From NCBI GenBank assembly GCA_963711835.1, contig CAVQFQ010000021.1, positions 256,001 through 320,000 on the forward strand: 64,000 nucleotides of DNA, read 5' to 3'. This document shows, in pieces, positions 47,571-57,377 of this stretch. A model generated the notes under the pieces. That model saw only the letters and a list, made by a program, of their open reading frames with translations. It was not told the DNA's origin and made no database searches. The stretch comes from an uncultured delta proteobacterium (GTDB lineage: Bacteria; Desulfobacterota; RBG-13-43-22). The first letter of the stretch is position 1, and each line of letters starts with the position of its first letter. A program made the translations under genes and the position numbers.

Positions 47571-47993
47571 TTATAGTTTTTTTTCTCTTTTAAGCGGATT
47601 CGGCCCTAATTCCCTCGCCCGCCGGTCATTTCTGTCACGGCTCGGGCCCAGGCCGGGGCGTCGGAGGCACCGATGTGGAACATCTCCAGACGTTCCGGTT
47701 CCAGTCCGATTTCTGTTAAAAGCGTTTTCGTGTATTCCACCCGCTCTTTCGCTCTGAGATTTCCTTCCAGGAAATGGCAGTCGCCGATTTCTCAGCCGCC
47801 GACCAGGACGGCATCGGCACCTCCTTTCAAAGGCCTTTAAAATATGCGGATATCAATCTTGCCGGTGCAGAGGTACTTTGACGATTCGAACGTTATGCGG
47901 GTACTGGAGCCGCATGGAACCGGCCATGTCCGCCGCCATATAGGTGCAGTAGGTGCAGACCATGGCAATAATTTTGGGTTCGAAGGATTCCAT
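47571..47993 (-). CDS. mvhD: MvhD/FlxD-like [2Fe-2S] subunit with in-frame TGA (probable selenocysteine); several indels
   Basis: MESFEPKIIAMVCTYCTYMAAD.AG..R.QYP...CTGKID...GADAVLVGG[TGA]EIGDCHFLEGN...ELGPNP. Confidence 0.8.
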
Positions 47994-48164
47994 TTTAACA
48001 AAACCCGTAAGGCGCAAGTCGTAAGGCGCGAGTCGTTAAAAGCAGCCGGCTTTGCCCTTTCCGATTTGACCCCTCCAAAAACGATTGTTTCAGTTATCCG
48101 TTTCCTCAACGACCTTTACCCCTTACCCCTTAGCGGTTACGCCTTGCGCCTTACGACTCACGCC

Positions 48165-50818
48165 CTAACACGCCTCCAGCAGGGCCACATACTGGTCGTC
48201 CTGGAAGTGGCCGACCTGGATGGCCCCCTGGGGGCAGGCACTGGCGCAATTCCCGCAGCCCCGGCAGGCGGCCGGATCGATCTGGGCAAAATGGCGCTCG
48301 TTGATGCGCGGGACATTGAAAGGACAGACCCGCAGACAGGTCAGGCAGGCCACGCACCAATCCTCGTTCACCTCGGCCACTGGCCCGCCCACATAGATCA
48401 GCTTCTGGGACAGGATGGTGGCTGCCCGGGCCGCCGCCCCCTTGGCCTGGGACAGGCTTTCTTCAATGGATTTCGGGCCATGTCCCAGGCCGCAGAGGAA
48501 CATCCCGGCTCGTAGAAACGGTCGAAGCCCTTACCCTGGGCGCGCATATCGATAAAGAAGATCGTGGTGTCAATATCGGCCTCGTGTTCCTTGGTGATCA
48601 TGGCCTGCTTGGTAGCGTACATACAGCAGACATAGGAACAGTAGTCGGCCGATTGCGCCGTCGCGCGAGCCCACGCACTGGATCCAGGCCATTCCGGCTT
48701 GGTTTCTTACCATCGGAAGAGCCGATGGATATGGCCTTCGAAGGGTCCGGCAGCGGACAGTATGCGCTCATATTCGATACTGGTCACCACATTGGGGTAG
48801 CGCCCGTAGCCGTATTCCTCTTTCAACCGGGCGTCAAAGATCTCAAAGCCGGGGCAGGCCACCACCGCCCCCACTTCCAAGGTAAGGTCCTGGCCGGTCA
48901 TGGTGTGATCGATGGCTTTGGCCAGACAGACCTTGACGCACTGATAACATTCCGAACAGATCCCGCACTCAGCAGGCATCGTTCGGCCTCGGTCAGGGTG
49001 GTCTCTTCCTGGAACGCTGGGGCCACTTCCTTGAAGTTTCCTTCCCGGGCGGCCGGGGGAATCTTGGTGATGGACAGGCGGGCCTTCTTCAGGACCCCCT
49101 CCGTGGAGGGCTTTTCATAGGACCAGTCTTCTTCCCGCCCGGCTTTCAGGTCCACCCCCTTGAGGTACCGGCGGATGCTTTCGGCGGCCTTCTTGCCGCT
49201 TTCCACGGCTTCGACCACCGACTTGGGGCCGTAAAAAACATCGGGCCGCAAAATACTGCGGAATAGGGGTTTGAAGAGAGACCGGGTTGCCCGCAGCCCC
49301 CCTCGGGGGTTATGGGCGACAACCTGCTGGTGGCAAAGGAGAGATCGGCCGCCTGCCCGATAGCCACGATAACCGTATCCCCGGTGAGGGCGGTCAAATC
49401 CTTTTCATCATACTGTTGCTGCAGGGCCCCTTGGGCATCGAGACGGCCGTGCACCGTTTGAATTCGATCCCAACTTTACCGCCTTCCTGGAGAAACCGCT
49501 TCGGACCGAGACTGTTCACGATTTCGATCCCTTCTTCGAGGGCCTCTTCGATCGACAATCCCAGGCGGCATTTCTTCCCGCTTTCGAGGAGATCAGGGTG
49601 ACCTGCCCGGCGCCGTAGCCGTTGACGCTGAAGGCCACATCGACGGCCACATTGCCGCCGCCGATGACCAGGACTTTTTTCACCCAGGGGGATCGGGTTC
49701 TTCAAGGCCTAGTTCTTGGAGAAATTCATCCCTCGATAATCCCTGGGCAGGTCCTCCCCTCCATGTTCAGGCCCCACTCTATGTGCAGGCCGGTGCCGCG
49801 ACGAAACATGCCGCCGAAAGCCCTCGGCCTTCAGGATATCGAAGGAAATATCCTGACCGAAGGTCATCCTGGTCTTGATTCCCATACCGAGGGCCTCGAT
49901 GGTCCGAATTTCGGAACGGAGGATGTCCCGGGCAGGTGGTACTGGCAATGCCCGACGGCCATCCATGCCCCGGCCACAGGAAGTTTCTTAGACCGTTACT
50001 GGATACCCTGGGCGAGGAAAGGTGACCCAGTCCGGCGGACCGGAGTCATTATGGCGATTTTTTGGCCTTCCGTTCCTTGATCTCCCGGAACTGTAGCTTT
50101 TCCGCCGGGCCAGGTCCTCATCGGCCAGAGCTGCAGGTACTGGATCTGCATAGTGGCTGGTCGAATTCTCCGGCGGATGCCCAGGGGGACGGCGACAGAC
50201 CCGGCCGCAGATTCCGGGAAAAGGATGGGCCTCTTCGCAAGAGGGCCAGGGCCTCCCGGGTATTTCTTCTGGTTGATCAGGGCGAGGGACCCTGGACGCT
50301 GACGTGGGCCGGGCAGGTGGCCTTGCAGGGGGAGGTCCCCCGGGCGATCGATGGCAAAGGTGGAAGGCACGGCCTGGGGAAAGTGATGGTAAATGGCCTT
50401 GCGCCGGTTCATCCCCTGGTTAAAATCGGCCGGCACCTCAACGGGGCAGACCTTGATGCACTCCCCGCAACCCGTACAGGCCTCTTCCCGAATAAAGCGG
50501 GGTTCTTTATGGAACTTGGGAAATCATAAAGCGGCCGGTCTCCATAGATCCCCGTTACCCGGCTTTGGGTCAGAAGCTCTATATTGGGTTGCCGGATACC
50601 TCGATCAGTTTGGGTGAAATCAGGCAATTCTAGCAGTCGTTGGTGGGAAAAGTCTTGTCCAACTGGGCCATGCACCGCGCGCTGCCCCTCACGTTGCGGG
50701 TGCCCGCCAGATAGACCTTAAAACCGGCATTGGCCAGGTCCAGGGCCGACTGCATCCCGGAAATGCCGGACCCGACCACCAAAACGGCACCGATCTTATT
50801 TGAATTGGGTTGGCTCAT
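48165..50818 (-). pseudogene. Large HdrA/HdrL-like flavoprotein, heavily fragmented (decay or assembly error)
   Basis: Fragments in different frames: [66 protein letters not shown]. Confidence 0.75.
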
Positions 50819-50849
50819 GAGGAGACTACAGAACCCCGCTCAGAGGAAA

Positions 50850-51563
50850 TTATTTGCCCAGGTAAGCCTGGCGGACTTTTTCATCCGCCAGCAGTTCCCG
50901 GGCCGGCCCCTCCAGGGCGATGCTTCCGGTTTCCAGGACATAGCCGTACTTGGCGATCTGTAAGGCGGCCCGGGCATTCTGTTCCACCAAGAGTATCGTG
51001 GTGCCCTGATCATTGAGCTGGCGAATGACTTTGAAGATTTCCTGAACGACCAGGGGAGCAAGTCCCATGGAAGGTTCATCCAAAAGGAGGAGCTTGGGAC
51101 GGGACATGAGGGCCCGGCCGATAGCCAGCATCTGCTGTTCCCCGCCGCTCAGGGTCCCGGCCAGCTGTTTGGCCCTCTTACGCAGGATTGGAAAAACCCG
51201 GTAAATCCATTCCAGTTTTTCTTCAATTTCCCCTTTGAATTTCCGGTTGTGATATAAATAGGCCCCCAAGTGGAGATTATCCATCACCGATAAATGGGCG
51301 AAAATTTGACGTCCTTCCGGCACCTGAGAGATTCCCTGGGAAACAATCTTGACCGGGGTAAATTTGGAAATATCCGTACCTTGATACCAGATGGCCCCCT
51401 CTTTCGAGGCCATCACTCCTGAAATGGCCTTAAGCAGGCTGCTCTTCCCGGCGCCGTTGGCCCCGATAATGGTCACAATACTTTCCGAGGCAATTTTCAA
51501 CGACACGTTTTTCAAAACCTGTATGGAGCCATAGTAAGCATTGAGACCGCGGAGATCAAGCAT
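50850..51563 (-). CDS. livF: LivF-like ABC ATPase
   Basis: GANGAGKS, LSGGEQQM, VEQN. Confidence 0.93.
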   Translation of the reverse strand: MLDLRGLNAYYGSIQVLKNVSLKIASESIVTIIGANGAGKSSLLKAISGVMASKEGAIWYQGTDISKFTPVKIVSQGISQVPEGRQIFAHLSVMDNLHLGAYLYHNRKFKGEIEEKLEWIYRVFPILRKRAKQLAGTLSGGEQQMLAIGRALMSRPKLLLLDEPSMGLAPLVVQEIFKVIRQLNDQGTTILLVEQNARAALQIAKYGYVLETGSIALEGPARELLADEKVRQAYLGK

Positions 51564-52332
51564 AGTCAATCTCCCCGCCCAAATAGGCTTCGATCACCCT
51601 GGGATCGTTCTGTATGACCGTCGGAGGCCCTTCGGCAATCTTCTGGCCGAAATTGATGGCCACGATCTCGTCCGAGACCTTCATGACCAGACTCATATCG
51701 TGTTCCACCAAAAGGACCGTGATCCCGCGGTCCCGGATGGCATAAATCAGGTCCGACATCTTTTGGGTTTCGGCTTCATTAAGCCCGGCAGCCGGCTCAT
51801 CCAGAAGGATCAACCGGGGTTGGGTGGCCAAGGCCCGCAGGACTTCCAGGATCTTTTGCTCCCCCAGGGGGAGGCTGGTGGAGGGGTACCGGGCCTTGGA
51901 AAGAAGGCCCCCTAATTCCAGAATTTTTAAGGATTCCTCTTGAATCCGGGACTCTTCCCTCCTCATCGCCGGAAGTCGAAACCCCACTGAAACAAGACCG
52001 GAACGGGTTCGGGGATGGCGTCCGACCATGACATTTTCAAGGGCGGTCATGTTCCCGAAAAGCTCCACGGTTTGGAAAGTGCGGGAAATCCCCAAAAAAG
52101 CGATGATATGAGGGCCCAGGCCGTTGATGGCTTTCCCCTGAAAGATAATACGGCCCGCGGAAAGGGAATGAACCCCGGTAATGAGATTAAAAAGGGTGGT
52201 TTTACCGGCCCCGTTGGGTCCGATAACCGACTTTATCTGACCATCCTGAATATCGAAGGAGAGGTCTACAATAGCCATCAAACCGCCAAAGGCTTTTTTG
52301 ATCGTATCAATTTTTAAGAGGGGCTCGGGCAA
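51556..52332 (-). CDS. livG: LivG-like ABC ATPase
   Basis: GPNGAGKTT, DEPAAGL, VEHDM. Confidence 0.93.
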   Translation of the reverse strand: MPEPLLKIDTIKKAFGGLMAIVDLSFDIQDGQIKSVIGPNGAGKTTLFNLITGVHSLSAGRIIFQGKAINGLGPHIIAFLGISRTFQTVELFGNMTALENVMVGRHPRTRSGLVSVGFRLPAMRREESRIQEESLKILELGGLLSKARYPSTSLPLGEQKILEVLRALATQPRLILLDEPAAGLNEAETQKMSDLIYAIRDRGITVLLVEHDMSLVMKVSDEIVAINFGQKIAEGPPTVIQNDPRVIEAYLGGEIDYA

Positions 52333-52334
52333 GG

Positions 52335-53285
52335 TCAGGCCTTTCCTTGTCTAAAAATTTTTCGAAGCAGGATCGGGGTCCCTTCCAAAAAGCCCTGGGG
52401 CATGAAGAGTAAAATCGCCAGCAAAATAGCCCCGTAAACCAGGATGTCGTATTGCTCAAAAACCCTTAAATATTCAGGCAAAAAGGTCAGCAGGGTAGCC
52501 CCGAAAAGGGCTCCCCAGATATTTTGGATTCCCCCGATGACCCCCATCATGAGAAACATGATGGAGACCATTAAGCCGAAGTTGTTGGGGGCGATAAAGG
52601 AGACGAAATGGGCATAAAGGCTTCCGGCAATCGAGGCATAAACCGCACTCAGGACAAAAATCTGGATCTTCAAGAAGGAGAGATTGACCCCCATGGCGCT
52701 GGCCGCCACCTCACTGCCGTGCATGGACCGTAAGGCCCGGCCTACCCGGGAATAAATGATATTCAGGGAAAACCAGAGCAGCAGAAGGGTGATCCCCCAG
52801 ACCAGATAATAAAATCGAAAACTGGAGTTAATCTGAAAGCCTCCGAAATGAACCGGCGGGATATTGGAAAGACCGGAAGGGCCTCCGGTGAGTTCCATCA
52901 ACTCATTAAAAAGAATAAAGACAATCTCCCCGATACCCAGGGTGGCCACGGCCAAATAGTGTCCTTTGAGACGTAACGCCGGAATCCCGATAACAATAGC
53001 CACTAAAATGGAGAGGAAAACACCGCCCCCAAAGGCCGTAAAAATGGAAAACCCGAAATGAGTCGTCAGGACACCGGTGGAATAAGCGCCTATGCCATAG
53101 AAGGCGGCATGCCCTAAGGAGATCTGCCCGGCGTACCCCATCAGGAGGCTTAATCCGATCACGACCAGGCTGTTGATGCCCATAAACACCAGAACGCTCA
53201 GGTAGTAATCGCCTCGGATAAACAGGGGAACGACGGCCACCAGGATGGCCAACCCCAGGAGTTTCAGGTGATTCGTTTTTCCCAT
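52335..53285 (-). CDS. livM: LivM-like permease
   Basis: GYAGQISLGHA, TGGPSG. Confidence 0.92.
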   Translation of the reverse strand: MGKTNHLKLLGLAILVAVVPLFIRGDYYLSVLVFMGINSLVVIGLSLLMGYAGQISLGHAAFYGIGAYSTGVLTTHFGFSIFTAFGGGVFLSILVAIVIGIPALRLKGHYLAVATLGIGEIVFILFNELMELTGGPSGLSNIPPVHFGGFQINSSFRFYYLVWGITLLLLWFSLNIIYSRVGRALRSMHGSEVAASAMGVNLSFLKIQIFVLSAVYASIAGSLYAHFVSFIAPNNFGLMVSIMFLMMGVIGGIQNIWGALFGATLLTFLPEYLRVFEQYDILVYGAILLAILLFMPQGFLEGTPILLRKIFRQGKA

Positions 53286-53295
53286 CCCGAACCCT

Positions 53296-54189
53296 TTAAA
53301 ATTGTTTGACCTTCCCTACCTCGGCGCTGCCGAAGAGGCCGCTGGGCTTGATGAACAGGACCAGTATTAATATGACCAGGGCAATGGCGTCTTTGAACCC
53401 TGATGAAATAAAGCCGGCGGCAAACGATTCCACTACCCCGATGATGAACCCGGCCACGACCGCCCCGGTTCCCATGCCCAATCCGCCTAAAACCGCCGCA
53501 CAGAAACCTTTTAAGGCCAGCAGCGGACCCCGGTCATATTCCATCAAGGCAATAGGCGTGATGGAGGCCCCGGCTATGGCCCCCAGTGTGGCGCTCAGGG
53601 CAAAGGAAAGAAGCACCATATGAGAGACGTTGATTCCCACCAGACTGGCCGCCAATCGGTTCCCGGCACAGGCGCTCATGGCCTTGCCGGTAATGGTCCG
53701 GTTGAAAAAAAGGTTCATGAGGATAACGGTCACCAAGGTCAGGCCCAGGACCCAGAATATCTGAGGCAAAATCGCGGCCCCGGCGATAATCAGGGGTTTC
53801 CCGGAGGAAAAAGAAGGCAGGCTGTAAGGATCTTTCCCCCAGATGAACATGGCTATGCCCCTGAAAAAGATGGAGACCGCTACAGTGACGATAATAAGGG
53901 TGATGAGGGAAGCATTTTTAAGCGGGTTGATGAAGGTCCTTTCATAAATTGCCCCTACCCCGGTTACGACCAGAAGGGTAATGAAAAAGGACAGGATCAT
54001 GGGAATCTTCAGGGTAGCCGTTAATGAGACCATGACCAGGCCCCCCAGCATGACAAATTCGCCCTGGGCCAGGTTGATGATCCCGGTGGCATTATAAATG
54101 ATCGTGAACCCCAGCCCGACCATGGCATAGATGCTGCCCAGGGTTAATCCTGTAACTAAATACTGTATGATTTGACTTTGGAGGTCCAT
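53296..54189 (-). CDS. livH: LivH-like permease
   Basis: INLAQGEF, KPSGLFG. Confidence 0.92.
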   Translation of the reverse strand: MDLQSQIIQYLVTGLTLGSIYAMVGLGFTIIYNATGIINLAQGEFVMLGGLVMVSLTATLKIPMILSFFITLLVVTGVGAIYERTFINPLKNASLITLIIVTVAVSIFFRGIAMFIWGKDPYSLPSFSSGKPLIIAGAAILPQIFWVLGLTLVTVILMNLFFNRTITGKAMSACAGNRLAASLVGINVSHMVLLSFALSATLGAIAGASITPIALMEYDRGPLLALKGFCAAVLGGLGMGTGAVVAGFIIGVVESFAAGFISSGFKDAIALVILILVLFIKPSGLFGSAEVGKVKQF

Positions 54190-54348
54190 GGCCTTATCGC
54201 TTTTTATCCCGGGGCAATCAAAACATTAAAGAATATTTTACTATTAAAGAAAGGGGATAGGGTTTAACTCGTTTGCCGTTCGGCCTTCGGCGTTCGGCGA
54301 ATCGATTCTCCGAACGCCGAACACCGAACGGTTTTTAAGTTGGAAGCG

Positions 54349-55557
54349 CTATTTGGCAAATTCCCAGTCGCCTTTGACCACCTCGATCATCTCGAAGGCG
54401 GTCAGATCCAGACCGGTGTGGTCTGCCGGGGACATGTTAAAGATTCCACCCGTTCCGGGCCACTTTTTGACACTATTTTCCAGATAATCACGTAGTTTGG
54501 CCTTGTCGGTTCCCACATGTTTAATGGCATCGGCCACCATCATCAGGGCATCATAGCCATGGCCTCCAAAGGTGGAGACATCGGCCTTGAAACGTTTTTC
54601 ATATTCCGTAGCGTACTTGGAAAGAACGGCATATTGGGGATGGTTCTTGGGCAATTTATCCCAGATCACCAGACGTCCTAAAGGAGACAGGACCCCCTCG
54701 GCCGCCCCACCGGCCAGTTCGATGTTCTTTTTACTACCAAAGCCATGACTCTGATAGAGGGGAATCCCCATGGCCAGGGCCTTCCAGTTTTTGGTAACGA
54801 CCACCTGAACCGGTCCAACGGACCAGTTAATAACCGCCTGGGCGCCGCTGGCTTTGATGCGGGTCAGTTGAGCGGTCATATCCGAGTCTTTGGGGCCGTA
54901 GACCTCATCGGCTAAGATGGTCATCCCATATTTGGGGGCCAACCGCTTCAATTCCTTGCGGCCCGAGTCACCGAACCCGGCTGAGACGCTGATAATACCC
55001 ACCTTGGTAATTCCCTTTTTCTTAAAGTAATTGTAAATGGCTTCCACCGCTTGGGTATCGGCTTGGGGGGTTTTAAAAATCCAGGGGCGCTGAACCTTGG
55101 GGACCTCAAAGGCGGCTTTGGGGCTTTCCACCATCCGTTTGTATTCCTCCGCCGGGGTGACGATCTGGAGGGCTGCTGCCATGGAAATCATGGGAATTTG
55201 AGCCTTCTCGCAGATGGGGGCCATGGCCATGGATTCGCCGGTGGTGGAGGAGCCAACTATAGCTACTACTTTGTCCCGCTCAATGAGTTTTTTAACGGCC
55301 AGAACGGCCTGGCTCTCTTCACTTTTGGAGTCTTCAATGATGATTTCTACGGGTTGACCTTTGATGCCCCCCTCCTTGGTAATCCATTCCTGGATCATCA
55401 ACGCGGTATTTTTTTCCGGTTCGCCCAGGAAAGAGGCCGGGCCGGTAATAGAGGCGATAAAACCGATTTTAATGGGGTCGGCGGCCCGAAGGGGGCCGTT
55501 CAAGGTCAGACTTAACAGGATGGCTGCGAAGATAACCAAACAAGTACCTTTTTTCAT
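54349..55557 (-). CDS. LIV-type ABC substrate-binding protein
   Basis: Signal peptide, IKIG..ASITGPASFLG.PE. Confidence 0.9.
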   Translation of the reverse strand: MKKGTCLVIFAAILLSLTLNGPLRAADPIKIGFIASITGPASFLGEPEKNTALMIQEWITKEGGIKGQPVEIIIEDSKSEESQAVLAVKKLIERDKVVAIVGSSTTGESMAMAPICEKAQIPMISMAAALQIVTPAEEYKRMVESPKAAFEVPKVQRPWIFKTPQADTQAVEAIYNYFKKKGITKVGIISVSAGFGDSGRKELKRLAPKYGMTILADEVYGPKDSDMTAQLTRIKASGAQAVINWSVGPVQVVVTKNWKALAMGIPLYQSHGFGSKKNIELAGGAAEGVLSPLGRLVIWDKLPKNHPQYAVLSKYATEYEKRFKADVSTFGGHGYDALMMVADAIKHVGTDKAKLRDYLENSVKKWPGTGGIFNMSPADHTGLDLTAFEMIEVVKGDWEFAK

Positions 55558-55846
55558 GCGTTGTCCTCCTCTTTCTTTCTAATCAGGATAGGTTAAAAAG
55601 TTGCTTGGGATGGGTCCGTACCGGCTTGGGATTTAAACAAAAAAGTTAGTTCACCCCCTTTCCGAAGGGCTCGGGCGTTCAAGCTTAGAAAAATTAGGAT
55701 AGGATTTGTTAAGGTTCTGAAAAAAGGCTAAAATTATATAAATAGCTATATTATAACTTATTCGAAACCCTATCAAGCGCAAAATCATTTTTAGTAGCCT
55801 CCGGGATGTTTGTCAATCCTAATCGCTGCCGGACCGGACAAAAACC

Positions 55847-55894
55847 TTGACAGGAACAAAGTCCTTGGCTATAAGGTGAATGAGACATCATTCA
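55847..55894 (+). promoter_or_regulatory. sigma70 promoter plus FadR(YsiA)-type operator
   Basis: TTGACA-17bp-TATAAG followed by palindrome TGAATGA-GACA-TCATTCA (55877-55894). Confidence 0.8.
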
Positions 55895-55916
55895 TACCGA
55901 CATACCGAAAGCCGTT

Positions 55917-56588
55917 ATGAGAGACCTCCATAAACGCGAAAAGATATTGCAGGCCGCCGTTAAGGTGTTTGCCCAAAAAGGTTTTTACCAGTCCAAAGTT
56001 TCTGAAATCGCCCGGGAAGCGGATGTGGCCGACGGCACCATTTACCTCTATTTCCATAATAAAGACGACATCCTGATCAACCTCTTTGAAGAGGAGATGA
56101 CCAAGATCTTGGAGGAAATGAAAGGCCGGATGGCCAAGTGTTTGGATCCCCGAAAAAAAATCGAGCAGTTTGCCAGGACCCATTTGGGATTGGTTAAAAA
56201 GAAAAAAAATCTGGCCGAAGTGATCCAGGTGGAAACCCGTCAAAGCAGCAAGTTTATGAAAGAGTATGATAACCGCAAGTTTGCCCAATACTTGGATCTG
56301 ATTTCTGACATTATTACCGAGGGACAGAGAAAGGGGGTGTTTCGTCGAGACATAAACCCGGGAATCGCCAAGCGGGCTATATTTGGGGCCCTGGATGAAT
56401 TATCCAGGCTGTGGGTCTTATCCCCGCAGAAAAAATATTCCCTCGCCATGGCTGCCAAACAAATAAGCGCCTATTTTTTAATAGGAATGATTGAACCCGA
56501 TTATCGAGCACGAAAAAAAAATGGTCCTGCCCCTTCAGAGGGTTCGACCAGAAAAGGAGGATACAGTGAATCTATTGGCCTTAATTAA
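55917..56588 (+). CDS. fadR: TetR-family regulator, FadR/YsiA-like
   Basis: IAREADVADGTIYLYF.NKDDIL, LAEV.QVE.RQS, FGALDE. Confidence 0.82.
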   Translation: MRDLHKREKILQAAVKVFAQKGFYQSKVSEIAREADVADGTIYLYFHNKDDILINLFEEEMTKILEEMKGRMAKCLDPRKKIEQFARTHLGLVKKKKNLAEVIQVETRQSSKFMKEYDNRKFAQYLDLISDIITEGQRKGVFRRDINPGIAKRAIFGALDELSRLWVLSPQKKYSLAMAAKQISAYFLIGMIEPDYRARKKNGPAPSEGSTRKGGYSESIGLN

Positions 56589-57360
56589 ACAAGTTCCGGA
56601 CACGGAAACCCAGATTAAAATAGATGCTGGGGGAAAAGGAATTCAAACCACTGATATCAAGTGGGTGATGAATCCCTATGACGAATTCGGCGTCGAAGAA
56701 GCCCTCCGAATCAAAGAAAAAACCAGCGGGAAGGTGACCGTCATCGGCTTGGGCCCCCAGCGGGTGGTGGAATCGCTGCGAACGGCTTTGGCCATGGGCG
56801 CCGATGAAGCCATCCATATTGACGATCCCGCTGCCGAAGGCGGAGATGCCCTGGCTACGGCCCGGGTCTTGGCCGGGGCAATAAAAGAGGTCCCTTTTGA
56901 TCTTATTTTCTGCGGTCAGCGGGCGGTGGACGATGACAACGCCCAGGTAGGCGCCGCCCTGGCCGAACTGCTCCAGGTCCCCTTATTATCGGTCATCACC
57001 AAGGTGGAGATTTCGGAAGACAAGACCAAGGTCAAAGTCAATCGGCCGGTGGAAGGAGCCACCTGGGTCTTGGAAACATCCCTGCCGGCCCTCATCACCG
57101 CTCAAAAAGGATTAAATGAACCCCGCTACGCCTCCCTGCCGGGGATTATGAAGGCCAAGAAAAAACCCCTGACCGTCAAAAAATTGGCCGACCTGGGGTT
57201 GGCCCCGGATCAGGCCGGTGAAGCCGGTTCAAAAATAAAGACGCGCGTTCTTACGTCCCCGCCGGACCGCATACCCGGTAAGCTCGTGGAGGGCGAATCG
57301 GTCCAGGAAAAAGGGACCGTTCTGGTCAAGCTTTTGCGAGAAGAAGCCAAAATCATTTAA
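56566..57360 (+). CDS. etfB: Electron transfer flavoprotein beta subunit
   Basis: KQVPDT, NPYDE, EPRYASLPGIMKAKKK; GTG start after AGGAGG. Confidence 0.96.
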   Translation: MNLLALIKQVPDTETQIKIDAGGKGIQTTDIKWVMNPYDEFGVEEALRIKEKTSGKVTVIGLGPQRVVESLRTALAMGADEAIHIDDPAAEGGDALATARVLAGAIKEVPFDLIFCGQRAVDDDNAQVGAALAELLQVPLLSVITKVEISEDKTKVKVNRPVEGATWVLETSLPALITAQKGLNEPRYASLPGIMKAKKKPLTVKKLADLGLAPDQAGEAGSKIKTRVLTSPPDRIPGKLVEGESVQEKGTVLVKLLREEAKII

Positions 57361-57377
57361 GACAAGGAGAACAGGTT

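Noticed and set aside
50630-50632. In-frame TAG in HdrL as pyrrolysine or recoding
   Set aside because: Falls at a variable residue between two Cys codons in an error-dense region; no supporting signal seen.
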